Part shown: positions 1 to 13,354 of the stretch, piece by piece
How the letters are laid out: every line of letters starts with the position of its first letter
Numbering within the stretch: the stretch's first letter is position 1
From: Octopus bimaculoides
Lineage: Eukaryota
DNA length: 64,000 nt
Direction of reading: 5' to 3'
NCBI RefSeq assembly: GCF_001194135.2
Contig: NC_068984.1
Location: forward strand, 60,816,809 to 60,880,808
The notes under the pieces: model-generated
What the model saw: only the letters and a program-made list of their open reading frames with translations
What the model was told of the DNA's origin: nothing
The model's database searches: none
Translations under genes and position numbers: made by a program

Positions 1-699
1 AAGGCAGTGAATGAATATATGGAGTTATCTTCTGGCCGTAGACCTGGTACAAATACTTACAACAGAGTGGACGCTTAGAAATTCTCTCAAGGACCAGGTT
101 GCATTTAAACAGAGTAACGGGTTAGATTTATACCCACAAGGAATCCAAAACGTTGATCAACACTGTTATTGTTGTTGTTTGTCCTCAAGACAATCCTGAT
201 AAATTGGATTGATAATCAAACGCATTCCAACCGTGATCATCTCGTCTTTTTGAAAATTAGAGATAACGTTATTCAATGTGTCCTATACTGGTTTCAAAAT
301 TTGGTCACATAATCAGCAATCTCACATCAAACCGGTTCATACAGATGTAACTTATGAATGCATAAGTGATAGCTGTCGAAATGAAATATTTTGGCCATTG
401 TGCATACTCTGTTAATTCATTCAGGCTTGTTACAAATTACCAATTGCATATTCGAAATCCTTCAGAGAGAATGCGTAACGATTTATATAATTTTGTCTTA
501 AGTCTATTTCTATTTTTTCATTTATTTTCGAAAAAGAAAAATAAAAAAAATAAAAATAAAAATAAATGAAGTTAAACTGGAAATTAAATTACAAGATAAT
601 TTCCCTGTACTGCAACACCTCATTACCATCGGCTAATTGCACAAATGACAAGAGTAAAATAACAAATACCACCTTAACAAACAAAATCCAACGATGCCA

Positions 700-880
700 C
701 TGTTAATAATTGCTTCTAACATAGGCACAAGGCCTGACATTTCGAGGGTGGGCGATGAGTGGGCGATGGGTGGGTATGTGAGCGAGTGGGTTGTTTATTC
801 AGCGAAGTCGACCCCAGTACATGACAGGTATTTTATTTTATCGACTCCAGAAAGTTGAAAGGTAAGACTGATTTCAGCTG
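700..880 (-). mobile_element. Degenerate copy of SINE family A (GGCGGCGAGCTGGCAGAATCG-type head)
   Basis: ggcacaaggcctga, gtcgaccccagtac and ttattttatcgactcc blocks match better copies at 2780-2982, 46686-46897 and 61231-61660. Confidence 0.6.
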
Positions 881-987
881 TATATGAACTCAAAACGTTC
901 CGTGTAGTAGCTGAATGACACAAAGCTTTTTTTATTTGCTTGCTCAAGCGATCCTTCCAATTCATCGCCCTTTCCTAAAGATGGTAG

Positions 988-1129
<142 letters not shown>

Positions 1130-2054
1130 GAAAGTGATGTTGTTAACGAAAACAAAACGTTAAGTACTCACAGTTAAAAAGCTCAAACTTGAGAAATTCC
1201 TGCAATTTTTGCCTGCAACTATAAGCTATTAAACAATTAATGACAGTTAGGGTTAAAGGAAGAAAAAAATGTGAAAGTGAATGTGAAACAGGATGAGAAA
1301 AAGACAATTACAAGAATAAAGGTTTTCTTTTTTTTTCCTCATGTTCTTTTTCCTTCTTTCTATCCTCCAGTAAAACTGTTTAACTCTTTCAAAGCTAAAA
1401 TCAAGGAAAAAATAAAATGGGGGAAAAACAAACAAACAAAAACAAAAATTGAACGTACGTTTGTATGTGTAATAGAATGCGTGCCCTTGAGTGTATGTGC
1501 GATAATTTTTACGTGTGAGCACTTGTATATAATATGCATGTGTTTATGCATGCAAAAATGTATGTGTGACGCTTATGTGTACGACTATGCTTGAGCGTGT
1601 TTATGCACCTTTATAGATGAGAGTGTGAAAATGTTATATGTGCACGTAAATGTGTGCATGTACGTGTGTGTGTTTGTGTGTGTGAGATAGTGCCTCTCCG
1701 CGTGGGAATGTGTAAGAATATCGTGTATATATGTGTATGTGTGTATGAGTAAATTTGTGTGAAAGTATGCATGTGTGAATGTGAGTAAGTGATTCTGTCT
1801 ATCTGTGAGTGTAAGAATACACGTTTGTCCAAAAACCTGCGTTTGTTTGTGTATATAAACCTTACTGGACATCTATGTATGAAGTATTCTAGTGTTTGCC
1901 TAAGAATCTCTCTTTCTCTCTCTGTGTCTCCGTCTCTCTCTCACTTTCATTTTCTGTGTATGAGTGAGCACTTAGACATCCATCCATATGAGTATGTGTC
2001 TGAACGAATGGACGCATGTGAAAAAGCAAAAAAGAAAAAAAAAAGAAAAAAGAA

Positions 2055-2057
<3 letters not shown>

Positions 2058-2104
<47 letters not shown>
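2058..2104 (+). repeat. (AG)n microsatellite
   Basis: Directly visible. Confidence 0.98.
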
Positions 2105-2108
<4 letters not shown>

Positions 2109-2129
2109 TAAAGAGGAAACAGAGATGGA

Positions 2130-2250
2130 CATAGGTATAGCCGTGCAAGCCATTACGTGTTTTCAGATTCAAGCCAGCTGAATTGGCATTTTTGGCAAGT
2201 GTCTTCAACTATACCTTCAGGCTGACAAATACCTTGAAAAATATAACTGT
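2130..2250 (+). mobile_element. Degenerate 5' part of SINE family C
   Basis: atagccgtg and ggcatttttggcaagtgtcttcaactata resemble ggcaccttgggcaagtgtcttctactata at 37933-37961. Confidence 0.45.
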
Positions 2251-2779
2251 GCAAGTTTATGATGATATGAGTCAGAGATTGTATGTATATATGTATGTAT
2301 GTTTGATTTTTTTTAAATGGCTTTATTACTTATATGAGAAGTGTTCTTCATTATAACTCAAGTTTCTCGCGTATACGAGTAGCGACCTACAACTACCAAA
2401 ATGTATTCTAATCGAAATTCGCGAAGCGGAGATGAAAAAAATCCATATGCCTTTTGACAAGTCACCTGACGAGACTCATCTGCACCTATGACACATCGCA
2501 ACTGATTGTATAGCATCTCAGCCGCAAAGCACCGGTGCACGAGAGGTCGAAATGGTCGTCGTGAATAATAAAGTGTCTCGTGAATTCCATTTTCTCTCTG
2601 TCATATTTCAAAAACTCTACAGAGACGAAGGAATTCCTGAAGTAAATCCAGTGGCATCTACATCCATACTGCTGATGACATCAGGTAGCCGAATACAGTG
2701 AACGGGCTTTATACGGCATACTAAAAAGTGTATACCCAAATTTAAAATTATTACTTATGTATGTGTTTGTGTTTCACAT

Positions 2780-2982
2780 TTTGCCACAAAGCCAGTAATT
2801 TCAAGGGAAGGGACAAGTCGATTGCAATGACCCTAGCGCTCAACTGGTACTTATTTTATCGATCCTGTAGATGAAAGACAAAGTCGACCTCGGCGGAATT
2901 TGAGCTCAGAACGCAAAAAACAGACGAAGCATAGTTAAGCATCTTGCCCGGTGTGCTAACGATTTTGCCTGCTCGCTGCTCT
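2780..2982 (-). mobile_element. SINE family A, near full length
   Basis: Minus strand has A-box-like ggcaaaatcg and B-box-like gagctcaaattcc; conserved body caactggtacttattttatcgatcc and aaagtcgacctcggcggaatttgag. Confidence 0.85.
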
Positions 2983-3142
2983 CGTAATATCCAATATTAA
3001 ATTTGTTTTACCTATAACACTGGAAGAGGTTCGGTTCTTGCTTGCATAAAAAAATGAAGAAAAAGAGAATGTAACTATTAACGACGATTATACAGCGATA
3101 TGCATATATGTAGTCGAAAATCATCCTGTGATCATTCTGCTT

Positions 3143-3526
3143 TGTTGTTGGCACTCCGTCGCTTACGACGTTGAGGGTTCCAGTTGATCCAATCAACGGA
3201 ACAGCTTGCTCGTGAAATTAACGTGCAAGTGGCTGAGCACTCCACAGACACGTGTACTCTTAACGTAGTTCTCGGGGATATTCATCGTAACACAGTTTGA
3301 CAAGGCTGACCCTTTAAATTACAGGCACAACAGAAACAGGAAGAAAGAGTGAGAGAAAGTTGTGGTGAAAAAGTACAGCAGGGTTTGCCACCATCCCCTG
3401 CCGGAGTCTCGTGGAGCTTTAGGTGTTTTCGCTCAATAAACACTCACAACGCCCGGTCTGGAAATCGAAACCGCGATCCTATGACCGCGAGTCCGCTGCC
3501 CTAACCACTGGGCCATTGCGCCTCCA
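3143..3526 (-). mobile_element. SINE family B, full length (tRNA head, (AAC)n tail)
   Basis: Minus strand GGCGCAATGGCCCAGTGGTTAGGG (A box) and GGTTTCGATTTCC (B box); highly similar to 23797-24185 and 53601-53983. Confidence 0.95.
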
Positions 3527-3811
3527 CCGATCACTACTTAAGAAAGTCGAAACCTGCGTCATCTCTAGAGACGAGCACTACACTGAGATGTATGTGTGTT
3601 GGTTCAACCGCTTACTTTAAAGATACGAAAGCGTAAGACAAAAGAAGGAAGGCGGAAAATAAGAGACATTCGCTCATTGACACTTTCCTTCAACGGGGAG
3701 TTGACGCATGGTCACACACATTGCTGGAAAAAGGAGTGAAAGTTTTCACGACTAATGCTCCGCCGTCTTTAATTAGGAATTGACGCACTGAAAAATCTGC
3801 ACGTATATGTG

Positions 3812-3813
<2 letters not shown>

Positions 3814-3868
<55 letters not shown>

Positions 3869-3892
3869 ACGCACACACACGCACACACACAC
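3814..3892 (+). repeat. (CA)n microsatellite
   Basis: Directly visible. Confidence 0.98.
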
Positions 3893-4298
3893 GTGCATAT
3901 ATGTATGTATATAATGTCTACCCTTATTATAATGACTAGCAGAGAACTGCCAGGGACTGGTGCTTCTGCTTGTATATTTAATTTTTTTTTGTTATCTCCA
4001 AAGGTATCTTAACATTATTGCTGTAGCTTCGACATTCGAATAAATGGCCATATTTCTAAGTGAACATCTATGAATCAGTCTACAATTCATAATCCTCAAC
4101 TTTCAATCTAACAGCTATATTTCTGATTAAAGAAGTTTGGTTGATTAAACAGACAATTTTCTAATTAAACAAGCATTTTAATTAATTGTGCAGATTTTTG
4201 TTTCTGACAGAACAGCGCATCACATGTTCACAAACACGTTTTTTACGTTATTAGGTAACGGGTATCTTGATAGTTCAGTAATATTTTCACACTGTTGT

Positions 4299-4476
4299 AA
4301 GGCGACAGGCTGGCATAATAGTTACCACGCCGGGGCAAATTCAAATTCCGCCGAAGTTGACTTTGCCTTTCATCCTTTCGGGGTCGATAAAATAAGTACC
4401 AGTTGAACATCGGGGTCGATGTAATCGACTTGCCCTCTAGCACAAAATCGTTGGCCCTGTGCTAAAATTTGAAATC
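4299..4476 (+). mobile_element. SINE family A with internal deletion in the head
   Basis: ggctggcataatagttaccacgccggg joined directly to aattcaaattccgccgaagttgactttgcctttcatcctttcggggtcgataaaataagtaccag. Confidence 0.85.
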
Positions 4477-4499
4477 GATATTTTCACATTGTTCTACAG

Positions 4500-5267
4500 C
4501 AGTGGTTCCCAACAGTGGTTCCCAACCCTTTTGTTTAAATGAGTATTCCCGCGGACCCCTTTTAATATGCTTATCCTTATGTATATATATATATATATAT
4601 NNNNNNNNNNNNNNNNNNNNNNNNNNNNNNNNNNNNNNNNNNNNNNNNNNNNNNNNNNNNNNNNNNNNNNNNNNNNNNNNNNNNNNNNNNNNNNNNNNNN
4701 NNNNNNNNNNNNNNNNNNNNNNNNNNNNNNNNNNNNNNNNNNNNNNNNNNNNNNNNNNNNNNNNNNNNNNNNNNNNNNNNNNNNNNNNNNNNNNNNNNNN
4801 NNNNNNNNNNNNNNNNNNNNNNNNNNNNNNNNNNNNNNNNNNNNNNNNNNNNNNNNNNNNNNNNNNNNNNNNNNNNNNNNNNNNNNNNNNNNNNNNNNNN
4901 NNNNNNNNNNNNNNNNNNNNNNNNNNNNNNNNNNNNNNNNNNNNNNNNNNNNNNNNNNNNNNNNNNNNNNNNNNNNNNNNNNNNNNNNNNNNNNNNNNNN
5001 NNNNNNNNNNNNNNNNNNNNNNNNNNNNNNNNNNNNNNNNNNNNNNNNNNNNNNNNNNNNNNNNNNNNNNNNNNNNNNNNNNNNNNNNNNNNNNNNNNNN
5101 NNNNNNNNNNNNNNNNNNNNNNNNNNNNNNNNNNNNNNNNNNNNNNNNNNNNNNNNNNNNNNNNNNNNNNNNNNNNNNNNNNNNNNNNNNNNNNNNNNNN
5201 NNNNNNNNNNNNNNNNNNNNNNNNNNNNNNNNNNNNNNNNNNNNNNNNNNNNNNNNNNNNNNNNNNN

Positions 5268-5301
<34 letters not shown>

Positions 5302-5357
5302 TTTGAATTTAGTTCACAGCCCCCCCCCTCCAGTACTACCTTTGTGGACTACCACTG
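4500..5357. mobile_element. hAT-type MITE spanning an assembly gap
   Basis: Ends CAGTGGT (4500) and ACCACTG (5351-5357); 8-bp TSD TTCTACAG (4492-4499) and TTCTACAT (5358-5365), 7/8 match; left end CAGTGGTTCCCAA is tandemly duplicated. Confidence 0.7.
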
Positions 5358-6810
5358 TTCTACATTTTTGGTAACAATGACAACTACGAGTTGTTCAATC
5401 TGTCTTCTAACTCACTGTTATCGTGACAGTAACATTAAATACATTGGTATTTAAACCAAACAGCTGTTAACTTAATCATGTTTCCTTCAACCCAACAACC
5501 TGGTTCGTGGTTTTCCGAAGTCCGAAGACCAGTTTTCTGACAAGTTATAATGTCCAAAAAGCCATTTTCGTTTCGTCCCCAACTTCCATTATCAGTGCCT
5601 GTTGTCTTGAAATAACCACATCATTTACGATTCAACGGTTACCAGTCATGCGGAATAGTGAACTCCTTAATGACGACACTACAGTACCATCTTTTCTTGC
5701 ACGAGGCAGCCCAAGGACAAAAACAACAAATTTGGCATCACCATATCCTCATAGAAAACATCAAAATCAGAATTAGGCAGTTTCTGTTTTTATTTTTATT
5801 TTTTCAAATGTAATCAATCATTTAGAATGTTTAGCAGTTTTAGACCAAATTTTTTTCTCTACCATCCAAGAAGTATTTTCTTTCTTTCAAGTGAATTACC
5901 AGATATTCAAGTTTTTTTATCTTAACCCCGACCCCAATGACATGAATATTAGTATAATACTTATTACTCAATTAATTATTCCGCTAAGTAACAACAGGTC
6001 CTTTGCAGCATGCAGGTTTAATCTTTAAACCATCAATTTAGTATTCATTTCCAAAAATCAATGTCACGAAAGTAAGCCATATATGCAATATATCTACGTT
6101 TGCAAAATTTTAATATCATCGTTAATTTCACCTTTTGGCAAACTCATTTGTATGAACGAACTTTCCATGTTAATTTCCTGCAAACTCACTTTTATGAAAA
6201 CATGTTTATTGTGGTGATAATGAATATATGCTTTTATGTATTTACTTGTGCAATATTAATATCCCTTTAATATCTCTTAATCTTGTGCCAGTATCTCGAT
6301 TATGGTTGCACTGAATTTAACGTTTATGATTCTTAAACACACAAGCACAGCTCATCTGAACGATAAACAGAACTATTATCGAGGCAGCAAGCTATAATTG
6401 ACTGTTCTAATTGTTCCAACAGTCAACTTCAAAAATTTATTCTTACTTTATTTTTTATCAGTTTTTCCTTTTCCCTCTTTATCTTTATATTTCTTCTTCA
6501 TTGTTTTTGTTTTTGTTTTTCTCGTTTCTTGTTTACTCTTTCTATTATTCTATTATTACTTATTTTTCCCTTGATTCTTCAACCTGTGCAAGAGCCGTCT
6601 TGAATTTTATAATTCATATTCATTTCCATAATGTGATTGTTGACATAATTCTTACACATTTTGTGATTACAATTTGTAGTCATAAAATTTTAATTGTTAC
6701 GGAAGGATTATTGAAACAACAGTAGGGGAAATGAATATCTGAAATATCATCGATATTGTTTCCTGATATTGTTTTGCACACGCACACAGACACATACACA
6801 CACACCACAT

Positions 6811-6856
<46 letters not shown>

Positions 6857-7842
6857 ACATAGAAAACACACACACACACACACAAAACACAACACATACA
6901 CGTACACACACACGTACACACACATAATGCATGCGCACTCACACACACATATATATAAATGTATGGGCATATATTTTATCAATGTATATCAGTGAACCTT
7001 CACTTTTCGAACGAAAACTCTTCAAATATTTGTTTCGCATTAAGATCCGGACATTGCCTTATCATTCTTGACTTTGCAAATGCAGGGAATCAATGATTGT
7101 CAAACGAACGACACTGTCATTCACGAACATTGATATAAATTTTTAAAATCTTCTAGAGAAATATTTCCAGATCGGTGCGCTATTTTTTGCAGAAGATTGT
7201 CTGGCACGAAAACAACTTGAGAAAGCCACCAAGGAAATTGGTACAGCAGGTGAAAAAATGCTCAAGATGACTAAAGTTGATAAGAAACCGCAAGTGGAAC
7301 TCTTCTGCAGGTGAAGACTAATTCAGTCCTCGCTTCCCCATTCGGGCGAAACGTACAGGCTAAAGGGGCAAAATGCTTGTGACTCCGTGATACTGGCTGA
7401 CAATACAGAAGGGCTTCCAGCGTTGCGATGGATTTAGACGAGCTTGTAAAATTTCCGAGAAGCCCCTATAGTTTTTGCTTGAGGCAAAACATCTCCAATG
7501 TTTATTTCACCTGAAAGGAACACGATATAAATGAAGAATTAATAAAACAAATTTATCCATTCTTTTATTTCAGAATTCGTCCAGTTTCTCCCTTTGTGCG
7601 TCAACCTTCTTTCTTTCTTTCTTTCTTTTACTCTTTCTTCCTTTCTTTCTCCTTCCTTCCTTTCTATCTTTCTTTCTTTTTTGTCTCTGTTTGTCTGCCT
7701 ACCTGTCTGCTTGTCTCTTTTTTTACACATAGGTGCGTGTAAAAGTTGTATATGTGAAACAAATGGAGTATTACTACAAGAGAAAGAAAAGGGAAAGAAA
7801 CAAGAACAGGAACTGAGGAGAAGACAGGGAGAGAGGGAGATA

Positions 7843-7882
<40 letters not shown>

Positions 7883-8528
7883 GGAGAGACATAAAGAAAG
7901 AAAATGTGAGGCAGAAACAGAGGCAGAAAACTGTGTATTCATAAATGTGTACGAGTGTAGAGTTAACAGGAATGTTTTCTTCCTTCAGTATATAGTTCAT
8001 ACATACATACACACACACATACATACATACATACATACGCACGTACGTACATACATCCATAAAAACATGCAAACATACACACATATCTATATCTATGTGT
8101 GACTACATATCTATTTATATATCGATCTAACCGTATCTCTACTCTCTTCATGGATACATATAAATACACACACACACACACACTGTATATATATATATAT
8201 ATATNNNNNNNNNNTTCCCTACTAATGGAGGTCATCAAGCTTGAGGACCCCCTATTAGGTTAGAAACAAATATAGATTTGTAGCATTCAATTACTTCTTT
8301 AAAAAAAGAAAATACTTTATCAATCACTCGGTTTCTAGTCTGCTTAGAATCCTTTTGGTAGTTCAAGGTTTACGCTATTTGGAAATGTAAATAACACACA
8401 CGCACGCGCACCCCAACCCATACACACGCACGTATACACATACATATATATGCGTTTATATATGCATGAATATACACATAATATACATATATAAGTGCAT
8501 ACTTACCTGCACATATCTATATATCGAA

Positions 8529-8559
<31 letters not shown>

Positions 8560-8705
8560 AATATACACATACACATGCACACACACACACAGACACACAC
8601 ACATGTACATGTACATCTATATATACATACATATATATGGGTGTGCTTGTCAGTGCATGCTCATCTTAACCTGTGTCTGTACGTAACAGTATATGTATAT
8701 ATATA

Positions 8706-8753
<48 letters not shown>

Positions 8754-8781
8754 NNNNNNNNNNNNNNNNNNNNNNNNNNNN

Positions 8782-8843
<62 letters not shown>

Positions 8844-9343
8844 GGGAGAAAGAAGAGAGATAAGGAAAAGTAAAGTGAGCGAGTAGATACAACGAGGAAA
8901 AAATAATATAAGTCTATTGTGCGAGTGAAAGTGCATGAAAAATTTTAAATTGGTGTGTCTGAGTATACTGGAAGCCTCTAGGTATTTATGAACGAAACAA
9001 AATATTCTGAAGATCTTTATATTTTGTATGTAGATAATATAAATATGAAAGCGATATAAAGTAGATTTATAAAGAAGCCCCAATATTAGTATTAGTAGTA
9101 GTTGTTGTGGTTGTTATTGTGGTTGCTATTGTTGCTGTTGTGTCTATTGTGTGGCAAAATGGTGCGTTCTAACAGAATGTCGAAAGGACAAATGATATTG
9201 AAATGCTTTCTAACATAAAAAAATAGATGCTGTGATAAAGTATATATGCATTCATATATGCATGCACATACTCGTGCATATATATATGTTTTTACATATA
9301 CATGCATATATGCATATATACGTATATGTACATACATCTATAC

Positions 9344-9381
<38 letters not shown>

Positions 9382-11080
9382 NNNNNNNNNNNNNNNNNNN
9401 NNNNNNNNNNNNNNNNNNNNNNNNNNNNNNNNNNNNNNNNNNNNNNNNNNNNNNNNNNNNNNNNNNNNNNNNNNNNNNNNNNNNNNNNNNNNNNNNNNNN
9501 NNNNNNNNNNNNNNNNNNNNNNNNNNNNNNNNNNNNNNNNNNNNNNNNNNNNNNNNNNNNNNNNNNNNNNNNNNNNNNNNNNNNNNNNNNNNNNNNNNNN
9601 NNNNCTTCTTGGCTGTTTTCTATTCTTGTATTTCGAGCATTTAGCAACAATATACGCTTTCGATGAAACAGTTGCTCCCGCAAAGCAAATGAAATAAAAT
9701 TTGGGATTTTGCGGAGGGTCAAAATTAGTAACACAAACGGGACAGATAAAAAAAAATAGAGGAAGGGCTGCTAAGCCTAAACGAGGTTGTGGTGGCGAAC
9801 ACGTAAATCAAGCTTGGACAGGAGACAGACAAGAATGCGTCTTCCTCGTTCCAGCTACAACGGAGAGAAAGAAAGAAAGATGGCTGATGACCACATGAGT
9901 GCCACATTAGCAGGGGAGGGGGAGTGAAGGAGAGAGAGTGACAGAGTAATAGGAGAGAATAGTGGGAGAAGAGGAGGTAAATGAATAAGAGAGAGAAAGA
10001 GAGAAAAACGAAAGAGTATACAGTATTAAAGGTTTTGAAAAATAATGGAATAAAATTTTAAAATAAAATAGAAAAGAGGACTGAGGACTATTGTAGTTTA
10101 GCATAGTTATAATGTTATAGCATTGAGATAAATTTAGAAATTAGATATGCAGGTTACAAATAAATTATATTTAAAATTATTAGAAGAAAGCGAAGAAACA
10201 AATTATTAAAAAAATATATAAAGGAGAGTATTAGATATAAAAATTTAGAATTTAGGCCCATAGGCTAATAAGGAATATAATGTATTTAAAATATAAGGAT
10301 ATAAACATAAAATATACGATGAAGTATGTAAAATATAAATAGTAAAAAGTATATAATCCTAAAAGTAATATTTAAAGGATATATAAAAAATATACAAAAG
10401 AATATATAAAAAATATAAATAAAATAAAATGTATAACAATATAAAAAGTATAAAAATAAAAAAATACAAGAATATAAAAATGTAAGAAAAATATAGAAAA
10501 TAATAAAAAATATAAAGAAATATATAAAAAATTATAAAGCTATATATATATATATATATATANNNNNNNNNNNNNNNNNNNNNNNNNNNNNNNNNNNNNN
10601 NNNNNNNNNNNNNNNNNNNNNNNNNNNNNNNNNNNNNNNNNNNNNNNNNNNNNNNNNNNNNNNNNNNNNNNNNNNNNNNNNNNNNNNNNNNNNNNNNNNN
10701 NNNNNNNNNNNNNNNNNNNNNNNNNNNNNNNNNNNNNNNNNNNNNNNNNNNNNNNNNNNNNNNNNNNNNNNNNNNNNNNNNNNNNNNNNNNNNNNNNNNN
10801 NNNNNNNNNNNNNNNNNNNNNNNNNNNNNNNNNNNNNNNNNNNNNNNNNNNNNNNNNNNNNNNNNNNNNNNNNNNNNNNNNNNNNNNNNNNNNNNNNNNN
10901 NNNNNNNNNNNNNNNNNNNNNNNNNNNNNNNNNNNNNNNNNNNNNNNNNNNNNNNNNNNNNNNNNNNNNNNNNNNNNNNNNNNNNNNNNNNNNNNNNNNN
11001 NNNNNNNNNNNNNNNNNNNNNNNNNNNNNNNNNNNNNNNNNNNNNNNNNNNNNNNNNNNNNNNNNNNNNNTTCAGTTGTT

Positions 11081-11437
11081 TATATTTACTCCTTTGGCTG
11101 ATTAAGCCATAGCTTCGTTTTATTTGCTTTTTTCATTTTAAATTTGCTGTTTTACCCTAACCCTAGCCCTAACCCTAACCCTATCACCGATAGAATTGTT
11201 TCAAAATAGTTTGTTTATGTAGTCGGCACTTAATGTATATCGGCTGAATGGACGTCAGTGATTGGTTGAAATTACAGAAATACGACAACTTTAACATGGA
11301 ATAACTTAGGGATTTCTTTTTTTTTTTAAGAAGACTAAGACAAAAAGATGTTTTATATGACACATTCTACCAGTGTTCCAAGTTTCAAAGTGTTTCGTTA
11401 ATGAAAAATGTGGCCCCCGTTTTAAAAAAGATCCGTA
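11081..11437. mobile_element. Non-autonomous repeat carrying an interstitial (CCCTAA)n tract, possibly Helentron/HINE-like
   Basis: ccctaaccctagccctaaccctaacccta at about 11155-11183 inside a segment ending ttttaaaaaagatccgt; family assignment is from memory only. Confidence 0.4.
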
Positions 11438-12768
11438 AAGTTATAGGATAATCATTTCAACCTAAAGGTTATATATGGTCAAATCACGAGAGAATCTTAT
11501 AAGTATGATTTACTAAAGGAATACTAAATCTAGTATAATTAATAAGTATTATTAATGATAACCAGCAATGTGAATGCGAATGCGTTAAAAACAATATTTT
11601 AAAATATGGTATTTAAAGACTATCGAAATTTATGATGGTTTATAATGATTCAACAAATAATAAACTATAAAGAAGGAGAGATAAAATTAGGAAGAGAAAA
11701 CAAAAATGAAATTAAAAATTAATAATAAATTAATGAAGTAGTACTAATTCTAGGGGGAGGGAGGTTATATTAACTGCTATATAGAGTTTGAATGTTTAAT
11801 CCATGGAGTTATAAGCGCAGTATACTATGTAAAGGTAAGAGAAAAAACTATACGGGGAATAACTATTAAGACATAGGAGTTATAGTGTGTAAGGTATAAA
11901 CGAATTGGGTGGAATATAAGTTATCCAGATATCATGATTAGTTATATAAAGAGGATAGCTATATATAAAGGATCAACGGTGTTAAGGGTCAATAGAACAC
12001 ATTACTAAACAGGTTATAATATTACAGAGAGTAAGCTATGAATGATAGTGCACGGTGAGTAACTTAGGTCATCAAAGAGACAGTAGGAAGTATTTATTAT
12101 TTATGCTTCTAAAGTATTTAAAGGTACGGGTAATACAATGAACACATGACGTCCTAAGATCTAATAACCGGTAAATTCTCTGTTCTGACCAAATATATAC
12201 TATTCTGATAAGTTCATTCTGCCAGCTGAATTGTAGCAGGATCAATGTAAATATTTTTACTCCGTGAATTTGTTAACTATGTTGAATAAGGGCACCCTTT
12301 ATGTTTGAAGATCATGAATTCATCTGACAGAAGCGGTTTCTTTACAATGATGTAATGTCCTCATTAATCAATTAAAAGAATCGCTGGAAACGGCCGTAAT
12401 ACATTGACACCTGTACCTCTTTGTTACTCATATTTTATTCACCTATCCTGGAATCTACGCTTCGTAAATATTATAGATAGTATTTTTAATATAAACTACA
12501 CGTCTGAATAGCTAAGAGCAGATTTCTTCACTCAACTGGGTCTTATAATCTGCATACACTGCAAGAATATCATGTGGCCGGCACTTATGCACCAAATCTG
12601 ATATCTACTTAATATAGTTGAGTATGCATGATACTCAGGCCTAACAAGGTGCCTCAATTTAAGTACTTAGTTCAACTGAATCTTAATGATATATTTATAT
12701 ATATATACATATATATATATCATTAAGATTCAGTTATATGTATATATATATATATATATGCATGTATG

Positions 12769-12932
12769 TGTTGTGTCGACACCCCCAGCGAAGAAGTAGG
12801 ATCTCCCAAGACATATAAATAGAGGTAGTCTGGCCGTGGTAGGAGTGTTGAGTAGCAGTCGAGTAGCAGTTGTGTAGCGGTTGAGTAAAGATCATCCGAA
12901 GGTGCTAGATAGCAGTATATTGAGACATAACA
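12769..12932 (+). mobile_element. Short solo LTR (164 bp)
   Basis: TGTTG...TAACA termini; 5-bp TSD GTATG at 12764-12768 and 12933-12937; internal TATA-like ATATAAATAGAG; GC-richer than its flanks. Confidence 0.6.
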
Positions 12933-13354
12933 GTATGTATGCTTGTGTATATAATATTTATGTATATATGCATATATATACTTACATACACAACACATAT
13001 ACATATAGATTTGGCAATTGAAACAGGAAAATAGAAATCAATATTTGTTATTATTAATCAGCAGAAGTAATGGAGTGTCTCAATGGCCGAGAGTCTCGTG
13101 AATTGGCGCTTCTCAAACTTGTTTCAAATCATTGGGATTATAATTATATATATATATAGATGAAAATCATAATATAGTGTCATGCAGATTGAGGGCTAAA
13201 AAATCCGCATTTGCAGTTCATCTATGTAAAGTACTATCAAGCACTGATACAAAAAGAATGTAGTGTCTACCAGTACAAACTGTTGCTGTGGCATGCAGTC
13301 GAGAGATTTTCAAGTAGTCAGTTATGACATTCAAGAATTGGAGCAGATTGCTAA

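Noticed and set aside
2665-2700. CTGATGA...CCGAA
   Set aside because: No stem II, no GAAA and no stem III.
5400-5760. GC-richer segment; minus frames give SWGRNENGFL (RCC1-like) and GYGDAKFVVFVLGLPRARKDG
   Set aside because: In-frame stops, no convincing splice pair and only a partial motif.
7140-7320. Open frame EKYFQIGALFFAEDCLARKQLEK...
   Set aside because: No identifiable family; it could be any decayed TE.
9788-9906. TGTGG...CCACA-bounded segment resembling an LTR
   Set aside because: No matching TSD, and the boundaries are uncertain.
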